DNA of 64,000 nt from an uncultured Deinococcaceae bacterium (GTDB taxonomy: Bacteria; Deinococcota; Deinococci; Deinococcales; Deinococcaceae), in NCBI GenBank assembly GCA_964252075.1, contig CAXULY010000027.1, positions 9,826 through 73,825 on the forward strand, read 5' to 3'. The notes beneath the pieces were generated by a model. It did not search any database. It worked only from the letters and a program-made list of their open reading frames with translations, and was not told the origin of the DNA. Made by a program: the position numbers and the translations under genes. Positions 30,827 through 41,201 of this stretch are shown piece by piece (the stretch's first letter is position 1; every line of letters begins with the position of its first letter).

Positions 30827-31455
30827 GGCTGTTCCTCTTCGTCTTCGTCATCGCTGGGGCCGCCGTACTGTTCAAAGAACGCCAGGCTGGACTGGACCTT
30901 CGGGCCGAACTCGGCGCGCATGTTCCGCTGTCGACGCGCGCGGTCGGCGGTGTCGTACATCTCGTAACAGTCGGTGGACAGGAACGCCTCGCGGAGTGCG
31001 GCGCCGTCCACGTCGTCCGGCGCGTCCCGACCGTGCCGGCGCGCGTAGTGGCTTTCCGCCTGGTACAGCATCCGCTGCCGGTCGCCGTACTCCATGGCGC
31101 TGTCGAGGTCCTCGAACGCCGCAAACTCCGGCAGGCCGAGCGCCAGGGTCGCCTGCTGCACCAGCGCCTGGAAGCGTTCGCGGACGACCATGCTGCTCCA
31201 GGACTCGCGGCCCTGCGCGCGCAGCTCCGCGTGCAGGGTGGCGCTGATGGCGTCCCAGTCGAGCGCCTCGCCGATGCGGACGTACAGGTCGTCGGCGCGC
31301 TGCACCGCCGCCCACCAGTCGTCGAGCGTCAGGCCCCGCGCCTCGAGGGACGCGGGCAGGACCGCGAACACGCCCTCGTTCCCCAGTCGGTGGTCCAGAT
31401 CCGTGCCGGTCATGCGCTCGGCCATGTGCGCGACGATGCGGTCACGGAGCGCCAT
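30823..31455 (-). CDS. Hypothetical protein
   Basis: GGGAGG RBS; coupled to its neighbours. Confidence 0.6.
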   Translation of the reverse strand: MALRDRIVAHMAERMTGTDLDHRLGNEGVFAVLPASLEARGLTLDDWWAAVQRADDLYVRIGEALDWDAISATLHAELRAQGRESWSSMVVRERFQALVQQATLALGLPEFAAFEDLDSAMEYGDRQRMLYQAESHYARRHGRDAPDDVDGAALREAFLSTDCYEMYDTADRARRQRNMRAEFGPKVQSSLAFFEQYGGPSDDEDEEEQP

Positions 31456-31744
31456 GCGACCCTCCCACTTCAGCGGGGATCTCCCTGAGGGGCGTCGCGC
31501 CATTCAGACCGGAGGTGTCGTGCTGCAGGCGCCAGCGGCGCGGGTCCGCGCAGCGCGCGAGCAGCAGGTAGGTGCTGTTCACGGTGACGGCCACGCCGCC
31601 CTGCAGGCGCTGCACGGGGCTGGTCCGGACCGGCGTGCCGTCCACCAGGCGGGGGTGGCCGCGCACGAAGCCGCTGAGGGTCAGGTCCCCGACGGCGGTG
31701 CGCCACAGCGCCCAGTCGTCCAACGTTGGGAGGGTGATGTTCAC
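31442..31744 (-). CDS. Conserved small phage protein (L.G.V.GHP...DG....TSP)
   Basis: Recognisable motif and coupled GTG start. Confidence 0.6.
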   Translation of the reverse strand: MNITLPTLDDWALWRTAVGDLTLSGFVRGHPRLVDGTPVRTSPVQRLQGGVAVTVNSTYLLLARCADPRRWRLQHDTSGLNGATPLREIPAEVGGSHGAP

Positions 31745-32331
31745 GCGGCCCTCCGACGGGGTCGGCGGCGCGCGGCCTCACGCTGCCCGAGGTGCTCATG
31801 CAGGGCGGCCTCCGGATGATTGGTGGCACGCTCCACCGCGTCCACGTCCACAAAGCTCGTGAGGGATGCGGACGCCTGGTACACCACGGTGGCACCGATG
31901 TACGTGGCGCGCAGGCGGCCCTCCACCGTCAGGGCCTTGCAGGTCTCCCGGATCTCGCCGAGCGGCGCCCCAAGGCGCGTGGCGAGGCCGCTGGCGAGTT
32001 CGCCGCTGTGCGCGACGGCCGCCAGGATCGGCGCGACCAGCGCGGGCCGCACCAGGGTCTGGTCGACCTGGACGTCCACGAGTTCCCAGGTGACGCGGCG
32101 CTTCTGCGCGTCGGCGCTCATCAAGGCGCGAACCAGCCCGTGGGCCTGCAGATCCTCCAGCCACAGCGCGGCCGTCGCCTGCGACGCGCCGAGTTCGCGG
32201 GCGATGAGGCCCGTGCCGAGCGGCCCGCGCTCGCGCAGGAGGGCCAGGATGCGCGCGTCGTGCTCGGGCGTGGCGGCGCGCTTCATGACCTGCCCGTCAA
32301 TGGTGAAGTGATGGAACGATCCGACGGTCAT
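31741..32331 (-). CDS. Tandem winged-helix DNA-binding protein
   Basis: RILALLRERGPL....IARELG.....L..L...GLV plus a second wHTH. Confidence 0.7.
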   Translation of the reverse strand: MTVGSFHHFTIDGQVMKRAATPEHDARILALLRERGPLGTGLIARELGASQATAALWLEDLQAHGLVRALMSADAQKRRVTWELVDVQVDQTLVRPALVAPILAAVAHSGELASGLATRLGAPLGEIRETCKALTVEGRLRATYIGATVVYQASASLTSFVDVDAVERATNHPEAALHEHLGQREAARRRPRRRAA

Positions 32332-32374
32332 GCGGTCTCCTCTCGGGCGTGTTGGTGGATCGGGGCGGCGCGCT

Positions 32375-33067
32375 TCACGAAGGCCGCCCGGCGCGCAGTC
32401 GGAACGCCCCACTGGTGCTCTGCGCGATGCGACGGGACAGCAGCAGGTGCGTCAGCGCGGTCTCGAACGTCGAGGCGGGCACCTCGGGCAGCAGGTGGTC
32501 CATGAGTTTCTCCTTGCGGGCGTACCCGAAGCACCACTCGGACGCCATGAACTCCTCGATGCGCCGCGCCACGCGCTGCACCTGCGCGTCGTTGCTGAGG
32601 TACCGGGGCAGGCAGGCGCTGCGCGGGGCGAGGCGCGGCAGGGGCGGGTACGAAAACGCGCTCGCCGCGATGATCTTGTGGCGCACCACCCGCTCGATGC
32701 CGGGCAGCGTGGCGCGCAGCGCGATCAGTTCGTGCTCCGCGTCGTTCGCGCGCAGGCGCAGGGCGCGGTTCTCGTTTGCCAGCTGCTGGATCAGCTCGCC
32801 CTGCCGACTGTTCTGCTGGCGGCTCAGCAGGCGCTCCTGCTGCCGCACGGCGTTCGCGCCGATGAGGGCGCCGCGGCAGCGTTCCTCCTGCGTGAGCGCC
32901 TCCACGAAGCCCGTGAGGCGCCCACGCAGGTTCGCGGGCAGCGTGTTGAAGCGCCGCACGCGCTCCGCCCGCCAGGCCTGCGCGACTTCCGTGAGCACGG
33001 CCGGGTCGCCCGCCTGCCCGGGCACCTCGCGCAGGTCCGCGAGGGTGCGCGGCGCGTCGAGGGTCAC
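32375..33067 (-). CDS. Hypothetical protein (coiled coil, possible wHTH)
   Basis: Coupled GTG start. Confidence 0.55.
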   Translation of the reverse strand: MTLDAPRTLADLREVPGQAGDPAVLTEVAQAWRAERVRRFNTLPANLRGRLTGFVEALTQEERCRGALIGANAVRQQERLLSRQQNSRQGELIQQLANENRALRLRANDAEHELIALRATLPGIERVVRHKIIAASAFSYPPLPRLAPRSACLPRYLSNDAQVQRVARRIEEFMASEWCFGYARKEKLMDHLLPEVPASTFETALTHLLLSRRIAQSTSGAFRLRAGRPS

Positions 33068-33705
33068 GCCTCCACCCCCGGTGTGCAGCCGCTGCACAGG
33101 TCCGGCTCGGCCCAGCTGCAGCCCTCGTCGCAGGCCCAGTCGTCGGTGCAGCCGCACGCCCGGCACGCCCGCAGGCCGAGCACCGTGGCGCGGTAGCGGC
33201 GCGCGACGTGCTCGCGGTCCGGGTTCACGCCGTGCAGGCCCGCGTGCCGCTCGATGAACCCCTCCTTACACAGGGCGTCCAGGACCGGCTGCAGGCCCGC
33301 CCGGGTGGAACTGGTGGCGCGCGCGATCTGGGCGATCTTCAGTTCGTTCCGGGCGAGCAGGTGCAGGACGCGCGCACGCAGGTGGTGCAGGTCCGCTTCG
33401 AGGCGGCCCCAGGTGCGGGCGTCGCGCAGCTGCCGGAGGGTGGGCTGCCCCTCGGACGGGAGGACCAAGTCGGCCACCGGTCCCAGCGCGATGATGGTGC
33501 CGGCACCCGTGCAGGCGAACGCTGCGGCGGCGAGCACCTCCAGGTTCACGATGCGCTGCCCGGCACGCAGGATGTCCCGCGCGCGCTCCAGGTCCGGACG
33601 CTGGGCCGGCATGCCAGGCTCCTCACCACGCACCTGCAGGACCTCCAGCATCAGGGTGGTGGCGTACAGCAGCGTGTGCCGGTGCGGCTCAGGCGTCATG
33701 GTCAC
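33064..33705 (-). CDS. wHTH plus Cys-rich zinc finger protein
   Basis: IAQIARAT...LDALCKEGFI; CRACGCTDDWAC..GC.W...DLCSGC. Confidence 0.65.
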   Translation of the reverse strand: MTMTPEPHRHTLLYATTLMLEVLQVRGEEPGMPAQRPDLERARDILRAGQRIVNLEVLAAAAFACTGAGTIIALGPVADLVLPSEGQPTLRQLRDARTWGRLEADLHHLRARVLHLLARNELKIAQIARATSSTRAGLQPVLDALCKEGFIERHAGLHGVNPDREHVARRYRATVLGLRACRACGCTDDWACDEGCSWAEPDLCSGCTPGVEA

Positions 33706-34033
33706 GCGCTCCTTTCAGGTTCACGGCGACCAGGGCGTCCGGCACCATCAAGGCGACGAACAACGCGGACGACACCCCGAGAAACAGCCCCTGGATCTCC
33801 AGCGGATCAGGCACCCGCGGGTGCCCGATCGTGGAGTTCACCTCCACCAGCTGGTACCGCTCGGTGTAGCGCGCGCGGAATTCCGTGACGGTCCCGATGG
33901 GCAGGCCGAACAGGTTCAGCAGGGCAATGTTGAACGCCGAGCTGCTGACGCGGTGGTGCGTGGTGAACAGCACCTCGTGATGCCGTGGGACCTCGCAGAT
34001 GAACTGCACCTGCACCGTCCGCTCGGGGCTCAC
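33689..34033 (-). CDS. Hypothetical protein
   Basis: Coupled GTG start. Confidence 0.5.
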   Translation of the reverse strand: MSPERTVQVQFICEVPRHHEVLFTTHHRVSSSAFNIALLNLFGLPIGTVTEFRARYTERYQLVEVNSTIGHPRVPDPLEIQGLFLGVSSALFVALMVPDALVAVNLKGARDHDA

Positions 34034-37000
34034 GCGTTCTCCCGCATGGGGCGCGGCAGGAAGCCGCGCGCGGCGAGCTGCGGGGCCTCCTCGAGCAGCA
34101 TCACGCGCAGGTACTGGTCGCTGGCGTTCGCCTCCTCGGGCAGCTCCGCGTCCGACCACAGCTCCAGCAGCGCCTCGCGGTTGCAGGCCTGCAGGTACTC
34201 CTCGGTGAGGGTCCAGGCGGGCGCGCCGGGCAGGGCGCAGCGCAGGTCCTCGAAGGTCCAGTCGCCGCGGAGGGAGCTCACCAGGTCCGCGGCCTGAATG
34301 GCGACGAGGCGGGCGAGGCGCCGCATCAGGTCGGCCGGCAGGGCCAGCAGCGCTCGGAACACCACAGGGCCCGGAATCATCCCATCGTCCTGCTGCGCGA
34401 TGGAGAGGCCGTCCTGCTCACTCAGCGTCAGGACGCCGTCCGTCTGGACCACCACCGCTCGGAGCAGCGCCTCCTGCCCGTACGCTTCGACGATGTACTC
34501 CTCGGTGAGGTGCCCCCACACCATCGTGACGTCCGCGAGGTGATCGTCCGCGAGGGCGGCCTGCAGCACTTGAGCCTTGGCGGCCACCCCGACCACGTAC
34601 GCTCCGGCGTACCTGGGTGCGTCCGGCGTCGCGAGGTTCGAGGGGGTCGACGTGGGTTGCGTGTTGGGGGCGGCCGACGCTGGTCCTGCGGGCGTCTCGT
34701 GCGTGGGGACTGGACGGGGCGCCTCGGCACGGTAGGCGGGCGTCCGGGCGTTCCGTGCTGGGCGGCGCCCTTCGTAGCGCTTGAGTTCACCCGTGATGTT
34801 GCTGATCCAGTACAGCGTGCCGTCACCCGCGTCGTAATCCCAACTCTGCAGTTCGGGCCGGACCACCACGTCCGCGACCGGCGCACCCTGGCTGACATCC
34901 TTGTCGGCCAGGGCTTTGGCATGCCGCACCTGGCAGTCCAGCGCGGCCTTGAAGTCCGCGAAGTGCTCGGGCAGGTCGCCGAACAGGTCGCCTGGCACAA
35001 TCTGGCCCTGGTACCAGTGCCGAGGGAACTGCGCGCGGGCCGTCTGGAACAGCCGGTCGCCGAGCAGCTTTCGGAGGGCTTCCGGTGTCGCGTCACGCTG
35101 GAAGTGCGTGTACTTGAGGTGGGCGTCGTACAGCGCCTGCTGCGCGTCGGGCGTGGCGACCGCCAGGACCTCCACCTGCCCGAGCGTCAGGTCGCCCGCG
35201 TCGTACAGCGCCCGGTACTTCGGGATGAGGTTCCGCGCGATCTGCACGCGCCGCGTCAGCGTCTTTTTGGTGTACCCGAAACGCGCCGAGAGCATGTCGA
35301 CGGTCGCGCCGTGCTCCATCAGCGCGGCGAACGCGTCGGCCTCCTCGAGGGGGCTCATGCGGCGGCGCTGGACGTTCTCGGTGGTGGCGTTCTCCAGCAG
35401 CTCCAGGTCCGTCATGTCCTCCACCAGGACCGGCACCAGGTAGTCGGGCTCCACGTACATCGTGTCGCGCCGCTCGCCCTCCCCGACCTCCAGGCTGTGC
35501 ACCAGCAGGCCGATGGCGCGCCAGCGCCTTTCGCCCGCGGCGATCTCGAACAGGCCGGGGCGGGTGGGGTGCGGCCGGGCGAGCAGGTTCTGCTTCACCC
35601 CGCCGTGGAAGATGCTGACCGCCAGCTCCTGTAGGGACACCTGATCGAAGGCCTTGCGGGGGTTCAGGTCGCTGTTCGTGAGCTTGTTCCAGGGGATCAG
35701 CTGGATGCCGATGGGCGGCGCGTCGATCGCCGGGATGGGGAAGCGCCGCTCAAGCGCGGTGGAGGCGCCCTCGGTGGGCACGGAGGCAGACGCGTCTTCG
35801 TCGGGCGCCGCGTCAAGGAAGGGCGTGCCTTCGGGCAGCTCGGCGGGCGCGCCCTCCGGTCCCCGCTCGGTCGCGTCGCTGAGCGGCTTCACGCGCAGGC
35901 GGCGGACATCCAGGACGGCGTTGTCGGGGTTCAGGCGGCGGCGCACCAGCACGTCGTCCGGCGACACCTGCAGGCGCACCGCGCGGTTCCCGTCGATGCG
36001 CTCGATCTGCAGCACGCCCTCGTGCGCGCTCAGCACCGCGAAGACGCCGCCCAGGACGCCCAGCTCCGCGAGGACCACCAGGTCGCCGGGCAGCAGGGCG
36101 ACGGCGGGCGGCGTGCAGGCCGCGCGGGGGGCGCCGCTCGGGATGGCCATGTTGCCGTCCTCGTGCCAGACCTCCACGAGCAGCGTCATGTCCGTCATGG
36201 CGTCCGTGACGCAGGTGATGGTGCCCTGGATCGACACGATCTCGCCGGTGTCCCAGGTGCGCGTGTCGATCCGGAGGTCCGGCGCGCGCCGGCGCGCGGC
36301 GCCGTCCATCGCCTCCACCAGGCCGCGGTGCAGGTTGGCGAGGTGCGCTTCGTCATGCTCCGGCGGGGTGGAAGGGAACGCCTCGGTCGGGCGTTCCGGG
36401 CGGCGCGACCGCTTCACGACCGTCACCTCGGGGGATGCGTCAGGCACGGGCTCGACTTCTGTGGGCTGGGCCAGGGTCACCTCGGCCGAGGCCGCCTCGG
36501 GGTGCTGGCAGTTGCCCGCCATGCGGTGGTACGTCTGACCGGTGGCGTCGTCGCGCACCGTGAGGGCGTCCCCGCGCACGCTGCTCGCGACCGTGGGGAG
36601 GTCCGGGCCGACCTGCTCCACCACGCCGCGCGACAGCTCATCGGGCTTCGTGAGCGCCCTGGGGAACAACACCGCGTCGCCAGGCTTGAAGGTGTCCGCG
36701 TCGCGCAGCAGCGTGGCGGTGTTCGACTCCACGGTGAACTTCTGGCTGCCGGTGGTCTCCACGTTCGCGAAGCCGTCCCCAACGGTCAGCACGCGGCCCT
36801 GCAGGACCTGCGGGCGCCCGTGGTTGGTGTGTGTGAACGACAGCCACCGGCCGACTTCGACGTCCGCGCCGTGCCGGTCGAGGGTGGGTTGGTCGGAACT
36901 CAGTGCGGGCTGGGCGGCGTCCGTGTCATTGCGGTCCGCGCGCGCCTTCGCGTCCTCCTGAGCGGGCGCCGTGGGCGTGAGGGGTGTACGCGTGGACTTG

Positions 37001-37056
37001 CCCTGCTGGCGGCGGGTTTTCGGGGTCCTAGGTTTCTTCTGGTCGTCGGCGTTCAT
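34030..37056 (-). CDS. Large ParB/RepB/Spo0J-domain protein
   Basis: NPRK.FD...L.ELA.SI...GV.QNL, AGERRWRA, ENVQR..MSPLEEA, HTH. Confidence 0.85.
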   Translation of the reverse strand: MNADDQKKPRTPKTRRQQGKSTRTPLTPTAPAQEDAKARADRNDTDAAQPALSSDQPTLDRHGADVEVGRWLSFTHTNHGRPQVLQGRVLTVGDGFANVETTGSQKFTVESNTATLLRDADTFKPGDAVLFPRALTKPDELSRGVVEQVGPDLPTVASSVRGDALTVRDDATGQTYHRMAGNCQHPEAASAEVTLAQPTEVEPVPDASPEVTVVKRSRRPERPTEAFPSTPPEHDEAHLANLHRGLVEAMDGAARRRAPDLRIDTRTWDTGEIVSIQGTITCVTDAMTDMTLLVEVWHEDGNMAIPSGAPRAACTPPAVALLPGDLVVLAELGVLGGVFAVLSAHEGVLQIERIDGNRAVRLQVSPDDVLVRRRLNPDNAVLDVRRLRVKPLSDATERGPEGAPAELPEGTPFLDAAPDEDASASVPTEGASTALERRFPIPAIDAPPIGIQLIPWNKLTNSDLNPRKAFDQVSLQELAVSIFHGGVKQNLLARPHPTRPGLFEIAAGERRWRAIGLLVHSLEVGEGERRDTMYVEPDYLVPVLVEDMTDLELLENATTENVQRRRMSPLEEADAFAALMEHGATVDMLSARFGYTKKTLTRRVQIARNLIPKYRALYDAGDLTLGQVEVLAVATPDAQQALYDAHLKYTHFQRDATPEALRKLLGDRLFQTARAQFPRHWYQGQIVPGDLFGDLPEHFADFKAALDCQVRHAKALADKDVSQGAPVADVVVRPELQSWDYDAGDGTLYWISNITGELKRYEGRRPARNARTPAYRAEAPRPVPTHETPAGPASAAPNTQPTSTPSNLATPDAPRYAGAYVVGVAAKAQVLQAALADDHLADVTMVWGHLTEEYIVEAYGQEALLRAVVVQTDGVLTLSEQDGLSIAQQDDGMIPGPVVFRALLALPADLMRRLARLVAIQAADLVSSLRGDWTFEDLRCALPGAPAWTLTEEYLQACNREALLELWSDAELPEEANASDQYLRVMLLEEAPQLAARGFLPRPMRENA

Positions 37057-37282
37057 CGCAGGACCCCCGTGGCGCGGCAGCGGGTGCAGCAGAGGTCCGG
37101 GTGGATGCGCCCGCCGTCCGTGCAGGGGCAAAGCGCGCGGCGCATGAACCAGCGCTGGCTGTCCTGTACGAGCAAGGCCGCGCTCGGTCTACAGGTCACG
37201 CTGCTGCGCCTCAAGACGCAGCAGCGACAAGCCTTCACCCAAAGCGCAGATGCGATTTCTCGCGACGGCTTAGTGTTGCACC

Positions 37283-37495
37283 ATGACCTCACGAGACGAC
37301 ATCTCCATTCGCGAGATTGGGCACTCCAGGTACGGCGAACTCAAGGTGCTTGAATTGCCCAAGGGCATGCCGCTGCCTCCCGTGCATTCGGAGCTGACCG
37401 TGCAGGGACAAACCTTCGGGGTGGTCGGGATTCTGGACCTCGGTGACGGTCATGGCCCCCACCTCCTGGCGCTGAAGCGGGACAGCGGCCGCTGA
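37283..37495 (+). CDS. Small protein, VVGILxxGDGxGP family (copy 2)
   Basis: Motif; TAGTGT -10 6 nt before ATG. Confidence 0.7.
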   Translation: MTSRDDISIREIGHSRYGELKVLELPKGMPLPPVHSELTVQGQTFGVVGILDLGDGHGPHLLALKRDSGR

Positions 37496-37552
37496 CCCTC
37501 GGTCCATGGCGCCCTTCTGGGCGTCCTCAACGACGGTTTCACACCACCTATT

Positions 37553-37588
37553 GCGCACCTCGGTGGCCCTTGGGCCACCGAGGTGCGC
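37553..37588. repeat. 17-bp perfect inverted repeat between the paralogs
   Basis: GCGCACCTCGGTGGCCC-tt-GGGCCACCGAGGTGCGC. Confidence 0.75.
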
Positions 37589-37627
37589 GGTGCACGTCAC
37601 GGACGCCGAGTCGTTACAGTGAGGGGC

Positions 37628-37855
37628 ATGACGAGACAGGTGGTCGTTGCCGCGCGGCCCATCGCGCCGGAAAAGGCGTCGGAGTTGGTCACCCTGGAAC
37701 TGCTGAAGAACGAGGCGGTGCCGGGCATCGGTGAGCGCCTGAACTTCGGGCCACACGCGTACCTGGTGGTGGGCATCCTGGACTACGGCGATGGTCACGG
37801 CCCCATTGCCCTTGCGGTGCTGGACACCGCAGAGGCCGAACACGCCTTGAGCTGA
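37628..37855 (+). CDS. Small protein, VVGILxxGDGxGP family (copy 3)
   Basis: Motif; TACAGT -10 7 nt before ATG. Confidence 0.7.
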   Translation: MTRQVVVAARPIAPEKASELVTLELLKNEAVPGIGERLNFGPHAYLVVGILDYGDGHGPIALAVLDTAEAEHALS

Positions 37856-37905
37856 ACGGAGATGCATCGCAGCGCCTGTTCCCGTGTGGTGGAGGCGTTC
37901 GGTGA

Positions 37906-39257
37906 TCACAGCCACGTCCAGGTGCTCAGGTCCAGGAACCCACGTCGCACGGCGAAGGCGAACAGCAGCAGGGCGCCGATCAGCATGAGGGGCCAGGACG
38001 CGCCGGTGGCGCCGATCAGCAGCAGCACGAAGCCAATCCCGCCGACCACGTTGCGGATCGAGATCCACAGGCGCGCGAGGAGCCGCCACAACCTGCGGGG
38101 CCGGATGGGCGCGGCGGTCACAGGGGCGAGGCGCGTCACTTCGCGTCCTTCAGGGCGTCCAGCAGGGCGTCCGCGGCCTTCACGGCCGTCTCCGCGCAGG
38201 CCTCGACGTTCGGCGCGGTGTCAGCCGCCAGGAGGCCCTGCAGGGCCATCGCGGCGACCAGTTCACGCTTGGTGAGGCCGCGCTCGGCGTCAGCAGGGCG
38301 CATCGTGGGGAGAAGAAAGGGGAACGCTGCACTGTGACGGCTCATGCCTGACCTCCCTGCTGCCAGGCGCGGAAGGCCTGGAGGTGATGCTCGAACTCCG
38401 CGCGCAGTGGCGCGAGTTCCGGCTCGAAGCCCGCGGTGAGGGCCTCCATCGCCGCGTCGAGCTCGGCGGGCGTCCCGGTGTGGAAGCGCGCGAGGTTCGC
38501 GGCGTTGCGGGCCTGACGGGCGCGCGTGAGGCGCAGTTCGGTCTGGGCGGCTTCGAGGCGAGTGCGGGGCATGCTGCGCACCGTGATGGCGCCGGGCGTG
38601 CCGTGTGTGACGCCCGCCTGGAAGCAGGCGTCGCACACGGTGGTGTGACCGATGGCGCTGAAGGTGCACAAGCAGGCGAGGCAGGTGCGCGGCCAGCTGG
38701 GCTGGAAGGCGCGCGGCAAGAGCAGCTCAGCGAGGCTCACACCGCCACCGGCAGGCCGCCGCGGCCTTCTTCGGCCTCGCTCCAGTCCTGGCAGGCGGCC
38801 ATGCACTGCGCGCGGGCGTAGTGCAGCTTCGCGCGGTCCTGGGCGGTGGGCGCCTTGAGCGCGTCGAACCACGCGGTGACGGCGGCGAGTTCGGCCTGCA
38901 GGGTGCGCACGCGGGCTTCGAGGTACTTCATGCCCAGCGCCCGCCCTGGCGGTGCCGGGCTTCCCCTTCGGTGGCGCGGGTGCGGACGGTGCTGGCCTTC
39001 TCCGCGCGGCCCAGGCCGGTGGTCTGCAGGCGGACGGCGCGGGCGGCGCGGGCGCCCTCGAGGCGGGCGTTCACGCCGTCGAGGTACGCCGTGGCGGCGT
39101 CCAGCGTCCTGAACGCGTCGGGTGCGCCGAGGACGCACCAGCGGTCAAGGCGCAGCCAGTGGTCGATGCGGCGCTCGCCGTAGCGGTACTCGTCGCGCAC
39201 GCCGGGCAGGCCGGCGCCCTCGATGCGCTGGGCGGAAGGGGATGCTACTGTGGTCAC
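37906..39257 (-). other. First five ORFs of the leftward early operon (37906-38139 membrane, 38136-38345, 38342-38740, 38737-38931, 38928-39257)
   Basis: Coupled chain; 38136-38345 has the common phage GLTKRE..AAMALQGLLA motif. Confidence 0.65.
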
Positions 39258-39325
39258 GCAGAACCTCGTTTCTGTGGGCGGTCCGAACCTTTCGCAGGGG
39301 GTGGGCCGCTTTTTCTGTCCTCGAA

Positions 39326-39354
39326 AGTGTAGCTCTAAGCTACATTATTTGCAA
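39326..39354 (-). promoter_or_regulatory. PL-like leftward promoter with GCTACA/TGTAGC operator half-sites
   Basis: TTGCAA-17-TACACT; TGTAGC-tctaa-GCTACA overlapping the -10. Confidence 0.7.
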
Positions 39355-39414
39355 GATGTAGCCGCGAGCGACACTGCCCCGGTGCGCTACGCTGAAGACA
39401 GACCGGAGCGAACA

Positions 39415-40884
39415 ATGAACGCGAACACTGCACCTGACCTGCCGTCCACCGTCCTGCTGTATCCGGACAATCCCGCCATGTGGGATGACGCCCTCAGCCG
39501 CCTCAGCGCCAGCGAGCTGCTCAGCGGCCTGCAGGGCGATGACGACGTCACCCGCGTGCGGCGCCTGCAGGCGCGCTTCCTGACATCAGAACCGCAGGAG
39601 ACGGCGCAGCTGATCCAGGAACTGGAGGGCATGCCGGGCGTGCTCGCGCTGGGCGTGCGCGCCATGATGCTCGTCGAGCTGCGCGCCCTGGCCGACGTGC
39701 GCGCCCTGCACGGCGCGTTCATGCTGACCTCCACGGTACCGCTCGACCTGGAGGGCGCCTGCTACCTGAACTTCGCCGCCGGCATGCTGGAGCCCGAGGA
39801 GCGGCAGGCCTACGCCCTCGAGCACGCCGCGCTGGCCTTCGCGCAGGCCTGCGGCATGTCCAGCCGCGCCCAGCACATCGCGCTGGACCTGGAGCGCATC
39901 CGCAACCTCCTGGGTGACGGCGACCCGGACCGCATCACGCAGATCCTGAATGCCCGCCCCACACCGGAGGCGCGCCGGGTGTGGGGGTGCCGCCTGAAGG
40001 CGGGCGCCCTGCTGCTGCGCGGCCGCTACCGCGAGGTGCTCGACGTGGTGGACGCCGATCATGACTCCGCGGAGTTCGCCCGGGCGCTCCTCAACCTGGG
40101 GTCACCGCAGGCCTGTGCCGACAACGAATTCAGTGACCTCGCGGCGCTGGTGTGGGCGCTGCGCGGGATGAGCGCGTGGCCGGTCGACGCGCCAGACGCC
40201 CGTTACCGCGGCGCGCAGCCGCACGGGTACGCGCACCTGCTGCGCGCCCTGATCTCGCGGCGCACCACCGGCGGGTACGTCGCCTACCCGGAGCTGCTGG
40301 GGCCGCAGCCGCCGCTCATGCCGGACCAGCGGGTGCTGTGGGCGGCGCTCGCCTGGGAGGCGCTGGTGTTCGGCGTGGAGGTCGCGCCGGCCGGGGTGGT
40401 GCTCGCGGCGCTGCGCACAGGCCAGCAGGGCCTGCACGACCAGCGGCAGGTGGCGCAGCTGCTGCGCTTCCTCTCGCCGCTCGCGGCGTTCCTGGTGGCG
40501 TGCGACCCGCAGGCGCCCGTCGCGTGGATCGAGCAGCGCACCGCGCTGCCGCTGCTGGTCGGGCAACACCTGCTGTACGGCGCGCAGGAGATCAAGCTGC
40601 CGGGCCGCACGAACGGTGCGCAGATCATGGTGATCCGGGCGCTGGGTGAGGAGGCGAGCGTGCAGTGGCACGAGCGGCGCCGCGTGGAGCGCCAGCTGGA
40701 GGCGCTGAACCTGCCGTGCGAACCGATCAACGTGGCGCACGTGCTGCAGGGCCTGCACCTGATGCGCCTGGCGTCGGTGGGGGAGCAGGCAGCGTGGGCG
40801 CGGGCCGTGCGCGCGGCACTCGACCAGATGACCGGCAACAGTGCCCAACGCCTGGCGCGGCGCCGCTTCGAACCGGAGGCCTGA
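39415..40884 (+). CDS. All-helical TPR-like protein, candidate peptide receptor/regulator
   Basis: GGAG RBS; TPR-like segments (ACYLNFAAG..., ALAFAQACGM..RAQ.IALDL, KAGALLLRGRYREVL). Confidence 0.6.
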   Translation: MNANTAPDLPSTVLLYPDNPAMWDDALSRLSASELLSGLQGDDDVTRVRRLQARFLTSEPQETAQLIQELEGMPGVLALGVRAMMLVELRALADVRALHGAFMLTSTVPLDLEGACYLNFAAGMLEPEERQAYALEHAALAFAQACGMSSRAQHIALDLERIRNLLGDGDPDRITQILNARPTPEARRVWGCRLKAGALLLRGRYREVLDVVDADHDSAEFARALLNLGSPQACADNEFSDLAALVWALRGMSAWPVDAPDARYRGAQPHGYAHLLRALISRRTTGGYVAYPELLGPQPPLMPDQRVLWAALAWEALVFGVEVAPAGVVLAALRTGQQGLHDQRQVAQLLRFLSPLAAFLVACDPQAPVAWIEQRTALPLLVGQHLLYGAQEIKLPGRTNGAQIMVIRALGEEASVQWHERRRVERQLEALNLPCEPINVAHVLQGLHLMRLASVGEQAAWARAVRAALDQMTGNSAQRLARRRFEPEA

Positions 40885-40901
40885 CGTTGTGTTGAACTAC
40901 A

Positions 40902-40930
40902 TGGACATGCTCTTATGACTTCCTTAAACT
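40902..40930 (+). promoter_or_regulatory. Promoter of the leaderless peptide gene
   Basis: TGGACA-17-TAAACT, 6 nt before ATG 40937. Confidence 0.7.
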
Positions 40931-40936
40931 TTACCC

Positions 40937-41086
40937 ATGAAGAAGACCTCTCGTCGGGTGCTGTTTGGCGTCATCGTGACGGTTCTCGTGGGTGCCGGAG
41001 CAGCCTTCGCTGCCGACCAGCTGCAGCAAAACGACATTCCTCATGCGGTGCCGGCCAGCACCTCCACGCCCTGTCCAAAGTGCTGA
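40937..41086 (+). CDS. 49-aa secreted peptide precursor MKKTSRRVLFGVIVTVLVGAGAAFA/ADQLQQNDIPHAVPASTSTPCPKC (not in the ORF track)
   Basis: Basic n-region, hydrophobic h-region, AFA cleavage site; own promoter and downstream hairpin 41104-41131. Confidence 0.75.
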   Translation: MKKTSRRVLFGVIVTVLVGAGAAFAADQLQQNDIPHAVPASTSTPCPKC

Positions 41087-41201
41087 CGGGGGTTTGGCCT
41101 CAGTCCCCACTAAGCGCGCACTAAGTGGGGATGCGTTCAACTGGAACGACCTTAATGTTGAGCTTCCTCGCCCCTCCAACCCCTGGAGCCCCTGACTCCC
41201 G

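Noticed and set aside
40915..41195. Track ORFs 40915-41124 and 40992-41195
   Set aside because: Less protein-like than the 49-aa ORF at 40937, which has a correctly spaced promoter and a signal peptide
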